DNA of 64,000 nt, taken from positions 80,642 through 144,641 of the forward strand of contig CAYZJA010000001.1 in assembly GCA_964479005.1 (NCBI GenBank), in the 5' to 3' direction. Below, one piece after another: positions 1-8,225 of the stretch (positions within the stretch are counted from its first letter, which is position 1; each line of letters opens with the position of its first letter). The notes beneath the pieces are model-generated. The model did not search any database and was not told where the DNA came from. It saw only the letters and a program-made list of their open reading frames with translations. The stretch is from an uncultured Candidatus Saccharibacteria bacterium. Its GTDB lineage: Bacteria > Patescibacteriota > Minisyncoccia > UBA6257. The translations under genes were made by a program, and so were the position numbers.

Positions 1-1
1 G

Positions 2-844
2 GCTCCAACAGAGAGCCCAGAATTAAAAGAGCCTTCTTTTATAGTTTTATTTTCAGCTACTGAGCTTCAGCAAGGAAATACATTAATTATTATGGCAGAG
101 AATATTCCTGAGGGGGAAAAAATTACGGGAAAATTTAACGGTAAATCATTTGATTTTTTTCCAGTTAAACCAGAAGGAAAATGGAGAGCTCTTTTGGGAA
201 TTGATGCAAAAAAAGCTCCTGGAGAATATTCTTTATCAGTTTTTCTTTCTGATGAATCAGAAATCAAAGAAACAATAACAGTAAAAAAGAGCAACTTTCC
301 TGTAACCAAAATTGTAATAACGCCAGAACTGGAAGAAAAGGGTTTTACTGCATCAAATATAGCAGGAAATATTGCTACTAAAGACGGGGTTATTATTTAT
401 GGGGTTTTAGAAAAATATAGTTCTATGGCATATTTTAACCAGAGTTTTATTTATCCGTTTGAGGAAATAATAAACGTGGGCGCTTTTGGAAACATTAGAA
501 AAGACGGAAAGATTACAATTCAGCATTTGGGAGTGGATTTAGATGCTGTTGAGGGGACATCAGTTTATGCGATTAATAATGGTAGAGTAGTTTTTGTTGA
601 AGAATTAACAGTTTTTGGTAATACAATTATTATAGATCATGGCTTAGGAATTTATTCTTTATATTTACATCTTTCTGAATTTAAAGTTTTGGAAGGAGAA
701 ATACTGGAAAGGGGAGAATTAATTGGACTTTCTGGAAACACTGGTTGGTCAGTAGGGCCTCATTTACATCTTTCCATAAAAGTAAATGGAGCAAGCGTTG
801 ATCCTTTGGAGTTTATTAGAACGGTTGATGAATTTTTGAAATAG
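2..844 (+). CDS. M23/LytM-family metallopeptidase (5' end lies outside window)
   Basis: Frame of ORF 92..844 stays open back to base 2. M23 signatures HLGVDLDA, IIIDHGLGIYSLYLHLS, GNTGWSVGPHLHLSI. Confidence 0.85.
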   Translation, partial: APTESPELKEPSFIVLFSATELQQGNTLIIMAENIPEGEKITGKFNGKSFDFFPVKPEGKWRALLGIDAKKAPGEYSLSVFLSDESEIKETITVKKSNFPVTKIVITPELEEKGFTASNIAGNIATKDGVIIYGVLEKYSSMAYFNQSFIYPFEEIINVGAFGNIRKDGKITIQHLGVDLDAVEGTSVYAINNGRVVFVEELTVFGNTIIIDHGLGIYSLYLHLSEFKVLEGEILERGELIGLSGNTGWSVGPHLHLSIKVNGASVDPLEFIRTVDEFLK

Positions 845-933
845 CGAAACAAAAGGTCGAAAATTAATCGAAAATGAAATCTGTTTGGAGGTTGGGCCTC
901 GCATTATTCTTTTTAAAATGATAATCTTAATAT

Positions 934-1545
934 ATGAGATTAGTTTTAAAAAATAAATACTTCTTACTAAGGCACGGAAAAACTATTCATCAAGCAGAGA
1001 AGGAGGATATTGTTTATTACCATCCTGATGATAATCCTGCTTGTGCTTTATTAGAGAAAGGAATAAAGGAAGCTCAGCTAGCTGGGGAAGCACTAAAAGA
1101 AAAAAACATCGATTTAATATTTTCATCAGATATTTTAAGAACAAAACAGACAGTTAAAATTGTTGCTGAATTAATTAACTATGATCTAGAGAAAGTAGTT
1201 TATGATGTAAGGTTAAGAGATGTTAATTGGGGAATATTTGGAGGAAAGAGTGAAGAAGAAGCTTGGTCATACTATAACAATGATATGATGAACAAGTTTG
1301 AATCAAGTGTTCCTCAAGGAGAGAGCTGGAATCAGTGCAGAGAAAGGATGGTTGAAGTTTTAAAGGAAATTGAAAATAATTTTGCAAATAAGAATATTTT
1401 AATAGTTTCTCATGGAGATCCTTTATGGCTTTTAGAAGGATATATTAAAGGAAAAAGTAATGAAGAATTGGTTTTTGGAAAGAATAGAAAAAAAGATATT
1501 AAAACCGGGGAAATAAGAGAAATTAATAATCAAACCAAAAAGTAA
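934..1545 (+). CDS. histidine phosphatase (phosphoglycerate-mutase-like) family protein
   Basis: N-terminal LLRHGKT (RHG motif), SSDILRTKQT, C-terminal SHGDPL. Confidence 0.8.
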   Translation: MRLVLKNKYFLLRHGKTIHQAEKEDIVYYHPDDNPACALLEKGIKEAQLAGEALKEKNIDLIFSSDILRTKQTVKIVAELINYDLEKVVYDVRLRDVNWGIFGGKSEEEAWSYYNNDMMNKFESSVPQGESWNQCRERMVEVLKEIENNFANKNILIVSHGDPLWLLEGYIKGKSNEELVFGKNRKKDIKTGEIREINNQTKK

Positions 1546-1567
1546 GAATTAATTGGGAAATAAAAAT

Positions 1568-1903
1568 ATGTCGAAAATGACTATAAAAGAAGCTCAAGAA
1601 ATTGTTGATAAATGGATTAACACAACCGGGGTGCGATATTTTTCTGAACTTACAAATTTAGCTCAATTGGTTGAGGAAGTAGGTGAGGTTGCTCGAGTTA
1701 TGTCCAGAACTTATGGTGATCAGAGTTTTAAGAAATCAGAAGAGGGTAAAAAATTAGCCGATGAATTGGCGGATGTACTTTTTGTACTTATATGTCTTGC
1801 CAACCAAACGGGTGTTGATTTGACAGAAGCACTTCAGGGGAATATTGAGAAAAAGACAAAAAGAGACAAAGATCGGCATCGAAATAATCCAAAATTAAAA
1901 TAA
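1568..1903 (+). CDS. MazG-like nucleotide pyrophosphohydrolase
   Basis: EEVGEVARV ... ADELADVLFVLICLANQTGVDL pattern of small MazG/YpjD proteins. ATG at 1568 preferred over TTG at 1553. Confidence 0.75.
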   Translation: MSKMTIKEAQEIVDKWINTTGVRYFSELTNLAQLVEEVGEVARVMSRTYGDQSFKKSEEGKKLADELADVLFVLICLANQTGVDLTEALQGNIEKKTKRDKDRHRNNPKLK

Positions 1904-1935
1904 AAAACGTCAAAAATTAATTGAAAATTAAAATG

Positions 1936-1959
1936 CCCAAGGATAAGCTTATCCTTGGG
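1936..1959. terminator. perfect 24-nt palindrome between convergent genes (terminator for the minus-strand gene)
   Basis: cccaaggataag/cttatccttggg. On the minus strand it is followed by cattttaatttt; there is no U-run on the plus strand. Confidence 0.55.
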
Positions 1960-1977
1960 CGGTGATAGTGGGATTTA

Positions 1978-2214
1978 TTATTTCTTTTCATGATAAACTA
2001 CCATAAAGATTGCAAATATTGCTACGAGCAAATAAATAGTAAAATCCGAGCTCATTATACCAATATTTTTGACCGTTAATCTTTCTATTGAAGAAAACAT
2101 AATGATAATACAACAGACAAGAGATGTTACAATAGAAATTATAAGCAGAATTGTCAAAGACGCTAACACACGAGAGAAAATCTTCTCAATTTTAAAAGGA
2201 AAAAATTCTTTCAT
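1978..2214 (-). CDS. small membrane protein, unknown function
   Basis: 78 aa with two hydrophobic spans. Strong SD (aaggagg) about 8 nt upstream of the ATG on the minus strand. Confidence 0.6.
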   Translation of the reverse strand: MKEFFPFKIEKIFSRVLASLTILLIISIVTSLVCCIIIMFSSIERLTVKNIGIMSSDFTIYLLVAIFAIFMVVYHEKK

Positions 2215-2356
2215 TGATCCCTTCCTCCTTCTTATTTATTAAATCTTTTATCAAAGATTTTAATATACTATTTGTACAAAATAATACCATAAACTATTGG
2301 TTAGAAAACTTAAAAGATTATGAAAGTAGGGACAAGGAGAGCTAGAGAACTGGCTA

Positions 2357-2560
2357 TTAGCCTCCTTGTCGCCCGTGAGTTATTAAAAGAATTTTTTGTT
2401 TTTCGATTTCTATTTCAATCGTATTTAGTCCACCGTGGGTACTATCTGAGTAACCCTTGCCAGATCCGCAAACTGGACACGCTCCATCTTTCCAAAGTTT
2501 ATGATGGGTTTTGTATAAGCAATGGCTGCATCTCCAGATCCTTTTAGGTACATTTTGCAT
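2357..2560 (-). CDS. small zinc-ribbon protein, unknown function
   Basis: CSHC...CPVC pairs. Strong SD (gaaggagtg) 7 nt upstream of the ATG. Preferred over the overlapping plus ORF 2320..2547. Confidence 0.6.
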   Translation of the reverse strand: MQNVPKRIWRCSHCLYKTHHKLWKDGACPVCGSGKGYSDSTHGGLNTIEIEIEKQKILLITHGRQGG

Positions 2561-2781
2561 TTGCTTTCACTCCTTCTTTTTTCTCTTTTTATTAGATTTT
2601 AAGATGTCAATATGCTATTTGTATAAGATGATACCATTAATTATAATAAAGGTCAAGTTCGTAAAAGGTAAAAATTAATGGAATATAAAATAATAGTTAG
2701 ACTTTCTAATGTATTAGATTTTTGAAAAATCTGGTATAATTGAAAAGGTCGTTAACATTAATAAATAATTCTTAATAAATT

Positions 2782-3060
2782 ATGGCAGAAGTTATTAAAA
2801 AAAATGGAATGAAAGAACCATTTGATCCTGAAAAAATTAAAAAATCAATTGCTGGTGCTGCTCAACAGGCTGATGTCCCAGAAGAGAGAAAAGACGAAGT
2901 AGTATATGAAGTGGCAGGAACAGTAATCCCTATGTTTGAAGGTAAAGAGGAAATTGATACAAGTGATATTAAGAAAGCTATTCTTAGTGAGTTGGATAGG
3001 GTTGAACCGGCTGTAGCTAGTGCTTGGAGAAAATATGAGGAAGGTAAAAGGAAAGTTTAA
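2782..3060 (+). CDS. stand-alone ATP-cone domain protein
   Basis: VIKKNGMKEPFDPEKIKKSI start is typical of ATP-cone domains. Extended -10 tggtataat at 2732-2740. Confidence 0.7.
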   Translation: MAEVIKKNGMKEPFDPEKIKKSIAGAAQQADVPEERKDEVVYEVAGTVIPMFEGKEEIDTSDIKKAILSELDRVEPAVASAWRKYEEGKRKV

Positions 3061-3075
3061 TAAAGAAGGATGAAA

Positions 3076-3098
3076 GGCGTCCCAATGGGGCGCTTTTC
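3076..3098 (+). terminator. intrinsic terminator after the ATP-cone gene
   Basis: ggcgtccc/ggggcgc stem, 3-nt loop, then tttt. Confidence 0.6.
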
Positions 3099-3257
3099 AA
3101 TTTAGGTAAAAAAGAAATTAAAGTAATCTTTATTATCTATTACTTTTTCTACTTTTTAATTCCTTTATTAGCTAAGATATTAATTATATTATATACTTAT
3201 ATATAATTTTAATAAACTAATCTTTATAAAAAGCTAAAAATTAAGGGAGAATTTATT

Positions 3258-3464
3258 ATGGAATGTCAAAAAGAAGAAAATTTAAAAAGTTGTCCTTGTA
3301 CTTATCCTGATTGTCCAAGAAAAGGCATTTGTTGTGAGTGTATAAAATATCATTTGGCGCGCAATGAATTGCCAGCTTGTTGTTTTTCAAAGGAAGCAGA
3401 AAAGACTTTTGATCGTTCCTTTGAAATGTTTATTAAAAATCAAAAAGGCAAATTGAAAGAATAG
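3258..3464 (+). CDS. Cys-rich small cytoplasmic protein (DUF6485-like)
   Basis: CPCTYPDCPRKGICCECIKYH...PACCF pattern recalled for DUF6485. SD aagggag upstream. Confidence 0.55.
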   Translation: MECQKEENLKSCPCTYPDCPRKGICCECIKYHLARNELPACCFSKEAEKTFDRSFEMFIKNQKGKLKE

Positions 3465-3533
3465 AGAAGATAATAAGCATTTTATGTTAAAATATATTAA
3501 AAGGTCGGAAATTAATTAAAGAAATTAAATACT

Positions 3534-3698
3534 ATGAAAAAAGAATTTCCTTATCAAATTCATATGGCCCTTGGACTCATTTGGCTTTTTGTTGGGGTAG
3601 TTTTTCATTCAGGAATTGAGTTAGCTATTTGGGTCGCTGGAGGATTAGTGATGGTAACAATTGGTTTTTTAAACAAAAAAGGCAAAGAAAATCATTAG
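3534..3698 (+). CDS. 54-aa small membrane protein (below ORF-track cutoff)
   Basis: Hand translation MKKEFPYQIHMALGLIWLFVGVVFHSGIELAIWVAGGLVMVTIGFLNKKGKENH, two hydrophobic spans, tag stop at 3696-3698. Confidence 0.4.
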   Translation: MKKEFPYQIHMALGLIWLFVGVVFHSGIELAIWVAGGLVMVTIGFLNKKGKENH

Positions 3699-3721
3699 TA
3701 GGTAAAAATAGTAAAAATAAT

Positions 3722-3943
3722 ATGAATAATAAAATCTTAAAAGCCCTAAGAGAAGATTTAATTGGGGAATTAGGGGCTATTAATCAATATCAGGAGCATA
3801 TTGATGAAATTGATGATGAAGAGGCCAAAAAAGTATTAAGTCATATTAGAGATGATGAAAAAGAGCATGTCGCTGAGTTAATTAAGATAATTAGAAAATT
3901 AGATACTACACAGGAAGAAAAGTTCCAGAAAGAAGAGCTCTAA
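3722..3943 (+). CDS. small ferritin-like (EncFtn/rubrerythrin-like) protein
   Basis: ELGAINQYQEHI...HIRDDEKEHVAEL (E..H / ExxH di-iron-type motifs). Internal ATG 3722 avoids overlap with the 3534..3698 ORF. Confidence 0.55.
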   Translation: MNNKILKALREDLIGELGAINQYQEHIDEIDDEEAKKVLSHIRDDEKEHVAELIKIIRKLDTTQEEKFQKEEL

Positions 3944-3948
3944 ATCAT

Positions 3949-4239
3949 ATGGTAGGAAAATCTGAAAAATATTGGTCTAAAGAAGTTACTTTAAAGAGTC
4001 GCGCTTTAGTCTTAGAAGAGGGTGTTTTTACTTGGCAAGATCCAAAACATATTGCTCAATCGCTGAAAAAATCAGCTGAAGAAAGTACTGAGCGAAAGGG
4101 AACACCGCTTCAATCAGCGATGTCAATGCTTAATTTTTATATTAACCGCGCTGGTAAAAACCTTGATTCAAAGCAACGCAAGATTTTGGAACAAGCCAAA
4201 AAAGAATTGAGAATAGTTTTTGGAAAAAATAAAGAATAA
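3949..4239 (+). CDS. DUF3175 family protein
   Basis: ALVLEEGVFTW...IAQSLKKSAEES...SAMSMLNFYINRAGKNL...AKKELRIVFG matches the recalled DUF3175 consensus. Confidence 0.65.
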   Translation: MVGKSEKYWSKEVTLKSRALVLEEGVFTWQDPKHIAQSLKKSAEESTERKGTPLQSAMSMLNFYINRAGKNLDSKQRKILEQAKKELRIVFGKNKE

Positions 4240-4251
4240 TTAATAAAAAAG

Positions 4252-5253
4252 ATGAAGAAAGGAAGTAATATTAATAAAGGCGAGATTGTTATTTATCGTC
4301 CCAAAAGTGGTGAAGTTGAAGTAAAAGTTAAATTGGAGAAAGAAACAATTTGGTTAACGCAAGCGCAAATTGCTTCACTTTTTGGTACAAAAAGACCAGC
4401 AATTACCAAGCACCTTAGTAATATTTTTAAAAGCGGGGAATTAGATAAAAATTCAGTATGTTCCATTTTGGAACATACTGCCGCTGATGGAAAAACGTAT
4501 AAAACCAAGTTTTATAATTTAGACATAATTATTTCTGTTGGCTATAGAGTGAATTCTAAAAGAGCGACACAGTTTAGGGTTTGGGCAACAAGAGTTTTAA
4601 AACAGCATATTCTTCAGGGTTACACCATTAATCAAAGGCGTTTATTAGAAACCAGGTCCAAGTTTAAAGAATTGCAGAATGCCATTGCTTTTTTACGGGA
4701 AAAATCAAGCAAGAAAACACTTAAAGGACAGGAAAAAGAGATATTAGATTTATTAGGTAATTATGCTAAAACACTGACTATTTTAAGGCAGTATGATAAA
4801 GGAAGAGTGCGGAAGTCAAAGGGTATGGAGGCTAAGTTTGTTTTAAGATATGATAATTGCAAGAATATTATCGTTGTATTAAAGAAAAATTTAATAGCAG
4901 AAAAAAAGGCTAGTGGTTTTTTTGGCGTTGAGACTGAAAGTAAATTTGAAGGTATAGCTAAAAATTTATACCAGACATTTGATAGAAAAATATTGTATAA
5001 AACTATTGAGGAAAAAGCAGCGCATTTACTTTACTTTACTATTAAAGATCATCCATTTGTAGATGGTAACAAGCGAATTGCTTCGTTTTTGTTTGTTTAT
5101 TTCTTAGATAAAAATGATTATCTTTATCGTAAGAATGGTGAGAAGAAAATAAATGATAATGCTTTAGTTGCTTTAGCTCTCTTGGTTGCAGTAAGTGATT
5201 CTAAAGAAAAAGATATTTTGATTAAAATAATCATAAATCTTATAAATACTTAA
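4252..5253 (+). CDS. RhuM-like N-terminal domain fused to Fic/DOC domain protein
   Basis: N-terminus IWLTQAQIASLFG...NLDIIISVGYRVNSKRATQFRVWAT (RhuM-like). C-terminus HPFVDGNKRIA (Fic motif HPFxxGNxR). Confidence 0.8.
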   Translation: MKKGSNINKGEIVIYRPKSGEVEVKVKLEKETIWLTQAQIASLFGTKRPAITKHLSNIFKSGELDKNSVCSILEHTAADGKTYKTKFYNLDIIISVGYRVNSKRATQFRVWATRVLKQHILQGYTINQRRLLETRSKFKELQNAIAFLREKSSKKTLKGQEKEILDLLGNYAKTLTILRQYDKGRVRKSKGMEAKFVLRYDNCKNIIVVLKKNLIAEKKASGFFGVETESKFEGIAKNLYQTFDRKILYKTIEEKAAHLLYFTIKDHPFVDGNKRIASFLFVYFLDKNDYLYRKNGEKKINDNALVALALLVAVSDSKEKDILIKIIINLINT

Positions 5254-5285
5254 TTTTTAAATTTAAAAAGATAATTAATAAAAAT

Positions 5286-5999
5286 ATGAAATTAGATAAA
5301 AAAGTAGCTTTAGTAACAGGCGGTTCAAATGGCATTGGAAAAGCTATTGCCCAGAGATTTTTAGATGAAGGAGCAAAGGTTATAATCTTTGATATTGTAA
5401 AACCAGATTATGATGTGAATTTTTATAAAGTTGATATAAGTAAAGAGGAACAAATCAGAAAAGCGTTTGAGAAAATTGAAGAATTAGATATTGTTGTTAA
5501 TAACGCTGGAATTTATTTTCAAGCATCTGTTGAAGAAACATCAGGCGAACAATTAGACAAAATGATGGATGTAAACTTTAAAGGAGCATATTTGATTTCT
5601 AAATACGCGCTTCCTTTGGTTAGAAAAAACAAAGGAAATATTATCAATATTTCTTCTGCCATTGGAATTGCACCTGAGCCAGGATCTCCAGCTTATTGTT
5701 CATCTAAAGCAGCGATAATAATGCTTACTAAATGTATGGCTCAGGAATATGCTGCAGAAGGAATAAGAGTAAATGTGATATTACCAGGACCTATAGATAC
5801 TCCATTATTGAGAAGAGTTCTTTCTTCTGATGAAGCGATTCATAAGTATGCTGAGTTAAATCCCATGAGAAGAATTGGAAAACCTCAAGATGTTGCAAAT
5901 GTGGCAGTCTTTTTGGCTTCAGATGAAGCAGGTTATGTAACTGGTGGAATATATTCAGTGGATGGCGGAGAATCCAGTTCTAGCCGATATTCAAAATAA
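5286..5999 (+). CDS. short-chain dehydrogenase/reductase (SDR)
   Basis: TGGSNGIGKAIA, NNAG, YCSSKAA catalytic motif. Confidence 0.9.
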   Translation: MKLDKKVALVTGGSNGIGKAIAQRFLDEGAKVIIFDIVKPDYDVNFYKVDISKEEQIRKAFEKIEELDIVVNNAGIYFQASVEETSGEQLDKMMDVNFKGAYLISKYALPLVRKNKGNIINISSAIGIAPEPGSPAYCSSKAAIIMLTKCMAQEYAAEGIRVNVILPGPIDTPLLRRVLSSDEAIHKYAELNPMRRIGKPQDVANVAVFLASDEAGYVTGGIYSVDGGESSSSRYSK

Positions 6000-6046
6000 G
6001 AACCTGCTTCGCAGAACCTTGTTTTTCATTTCATTCAAAATAACAA
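5996..6046 (+). repeat. dispersed copy of the AAGAACCTTG repeat family
   Basis: aataagaacctgcttcgcagaaccttgtttttcatttcattcaaaataa begins on the SDR stop codon. Related to copies at 23991, 27404-27527 (reverse orientation) and 30450. Confidence 0.6.
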
Positions 6047-6424
6047 TTGAAAAATATTATGCTTAAATTAACAATTTTTGAAGCATTATTGATTACCCAC
6101 GTTCTAGTAGATTGGATATTTCAATGGAAGTGGGAGGCGATGAATAAATCTAAAAAATGGTTGCCTTTATTTTTTCATTGCGCAGTTTATACAATAGGTT
6201 TTATTCCAGTGTTTTTGATATATAAAATTAATTTAATTTGGTTAATTTTATTGTTTGTTTCTCATGTTGTTTTTGACAGACGGAAATTTGAGGTATGGTT
6301 GTTAGAAAGTTTTAAGGGAATCACCAAAAAAGACACACCCGAATCTCTTTGGAGGATATTGTTGATTGGAACTGACCAAATTTTACATATTGTAATTTTA
6401 ACATTGGTAGTTATATTTAATTAA
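6047..6424 (+). CDS. DUF3307-like integral membrane protein
   Basis: HVLVDWIFQ ... HVVFDR motifs in a multi-TM protein. Start is ambiguous (TTG 6047 or ATG 6059). Confidence 0.5.
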   Translation: MKNIMLKLTIFEALLITHVLVDWIFQWKWEAMNKSKKWLPLFFHCAVYTIGFIPVFLIYKINLIWLILLFVSHVVFDRRKFEVWLLESFKGITKKDTPESLWRILLIGTDQILHIVILTLVVIFN

Positions 6425-6433
6425 CAAAAAAAT

Positions 6434-6562
6434 ATGAAAAATGATTTTATAAAATATTTATTCTTGTTTATTATTGGAATGTTAGGAGTTTTTGTTGGTA
6501 GAAGGATGGCGATTAAAAGAATGATAAAAAAATCTTCGTCAGATAAGGAAGATATGGTATAG
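6434..6562 (+). CDS. possible 42-aa membrane peptide
   Basis: Hand translation MKNDFIKYLFLFIIGMLGVFVGRRMAIKRMIKKSSSDKEDMV. Fills the intergenic gap; no other support. Confidence 0.25.
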   Translation: MKNDFIKYLFLFIIGMLGVFVGRRMAIKRMIKKSSSDKEDMV

Positions 6563-6577
6563 TAATAAAAGAAAGAT

Positions 6578-7363
6578 TTGTATATGTCCCAATATTACAA
6601 TTCACAAAGAACGCATGGATTATATGATTCTGCTTCAAAAGAGCCGTTTAAAATTTCGCGGTCAAAAATTGATTTGTTTTTGCAATGTCCGCGATGTTTT
6701 TATTTGGACAGAAAATTGGGAGTCGCGCGGCCGCCAGGATTTCCATTTGCTTTAAATAGCGCTGTTGATACTTTACTAAAACAGGAATTTGATATTTATC
6801 GCGCTAAAGGCGCAAAACATCCTTTTATGGAAACTTATAAGGTTGATGCTGTTCCTTTTAAACATGAAAAGCTTGAAGAATGGCGTGATGCAAGAACAAG
6901 GGGAATAACTTATCTCCACAAACCAACAGATTTATTAATTACTGGTGGCATTGATGATATTTGGGTAAATTCTAAAGGAGAATTAATTATTGTTGATTAC
7001 AAGGCAACATCAAAGAACGGAGAAGTGAGTTTAGACGCTGATTGGCAGATTAGCTATAAAAGACAAATGGAAATATATCAGTGGTTGTTTAGAAAAAACG
7101 GATTTAAAGTTTCTGATACTGGATATTTTGTTTATTGTAACGGTAAAACAGATGTAAAAGTTTTTGATAATAAATTGGAATTTGATGTCACTTTAATAGC
7201 ATATAAAGGTGATGATTCTTGGATAGAAAAAACTATTTCTGATATTCATAAATGTTTGAATAATGATAAAATTCCAAAAGCAGACGCTGATTGTGATTAT
7301 TGTAACTATGTTGAATCAGTAAAATCTAAAACAATAGAATCTAAAAACGGAACATTGTTTTAG
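6578..7363 (+). CDS. PD-(D/E)XK (Cas4/RecB-like) nuclease family protein
   Basis: CPRCFYL near the N-terminus, GGIDDIW...IIVDYKAT (D...D/ExK core), C-terminal CDYCNY. Confidence 0.65.
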   Translation: MYMSQYYNSQRTHGLYDSASKEPFKISRSKIDLFLQCPRCFYLDRKLGVARPPGFPFALNSAVDTLLKQEFDIYRAKGAKHPFMETYKVDAVPFKHEKLEEWRDARTRGITYLHKPTDLLITGGIDDIWVNSKGELIIVDYKATSKNGEVSLDADWQISYKRQMEIYQWLFRKNGFKVSDTGYFVYCNGKTDVKVFDNKLEFDVTLIAYKGDDSWIEKTISDIHKCLNNDKIPKADADCDYCNYVESVKSKTIESKNGTLF

Positions 7364-7368
7364 AAAAT

Positions 7369-7848
7369 ATGAAAAAACAAAATCTTTTAATTGGTTCAAT
7401 AGTTATTCTGATATTGGTCTTAGTAGGAGTTATTGGGTATTTTATTATTGGACAAGAAAAAACCATGACAGTAAAGATATTTTTTGGAAATATTAAAGAA
7501 GATCCAGAAGTTCTAAATTGCGAGAAAGTTTATTCTGTAGAAAGGCAGGTTCTTAAAAGCAAAGCAATAATTCAAGCATTAGAAGAACTTTTAAAAGGTC
7601 CAACTGTAGAGGAACAAGAAAAAGGATATTTAACTAATATTAATTCTGGCGTGAATATTAATAATTTGATTGTAAAAAATAATGTAGCTAGAGTTGATTT
7701 TGATGAACAATTAGAATTTCAAGTAGGAGGGTCTTGTCGGGTAATGGCTATTCGTTCTCAAATTACTGGAACTCTAGTACAATCTTCTGAAATTAATGAT
7801 GTTATAATTTCTATTAATGGTCGTATTGAAGATATTTTACAACCTTAA
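7369..7848 (+). CDS. GerMN domain-containing lipoprotein/membrane-anchored protein
   Basis: N-terminal TM segment, then ALEELLKGPT..EKGYLT...VARVDF...GGSC...QITGTL pattern. Confidence 0.6.
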   Translation: MKKQNLLIGSIVILILVLVGVIGYFIIGQEKTMTVKIFFGNIKEDPEVLNCEKVYSVERQVLKSKAIIQALEELLKGPTVEEQEKGYLTNINSGVNINNLIVKNNVARVDFDEQLEFQVGGSCRVMAIRSQITGTLVQSSEINDVIISINGRIEDILQP

Positions 7849-7857
7849 ATATATCAA

Positions 7858-8085
7858 ATGCTAATTAAAGTTAAAGTTTTCTCGCATTCAAAGAAGCGAG
7901 GAATAATTAAAAAAACTGAAGATAGTTTTGAAGTAAGAGTAAAAGTAAAGCCATTGCAAGGTCAGGCAAATAAAGAAGCAATTAAAGTTCTGGCAGAATA
8001 TTTTGAAATTCCAGAATCAGATATAAGATTGATTAAAGGATTTAGGCACACAAATAAAGTTTTTACAATATCAGAAATTAAATAA
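7858..8085 (+). CDS. DUF167 (YggU) family protein
   Basis: VKVKPLQGQANKEAIKVLAEYF...IRLIKGFRHTNKVFTI. Confidence 0.75.
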   Translation: MLIKVKVFSHSKKRGIIKKTEDSFEVRVKVKPLQGQANKEAIKVLAEYFEIPESDIRLIKGFRHTNKVFTISEIK

Positions 8086-8089
8086 ATTT

Positions 8090-8215
8090 ATGAAAAAGGA
8101 GATTAAAATTAGAAGAAAAGTGCATACGCCGTTGCGCCGTCCGCCTCGTTTAAGTGGGAAAAGGCATAAATTTGGAATAAAGCCAATTAAGAAAAAAGCA
8201 AAAGGTCGGAAATAA
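8090..8215 (+). CDS. possible 41-aa highly basic peptide
   Basis: Hand translation MKKEIKIRRKVHTPLRRPPRLSGKRHKFGIKPIKKKAKGRK. Locally GC-rich core; not recognisably L34/L36. Confidence 0.3.
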   Translation: MKKEIKIRRKVHTPLRRPPRLSGKRHKFGIKPIKKKAKGRK

Positions 8216-8225
8216 CAATTAAAAT

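Noticed and set aside
2320-2547. 75-aa plus-strand ORF
   Set aside because: It overlaps the minus-strand zinc-ribbon ORF almost completely. That ORF has CxxC pairs and a strong SD, while the plus ORF has neither.
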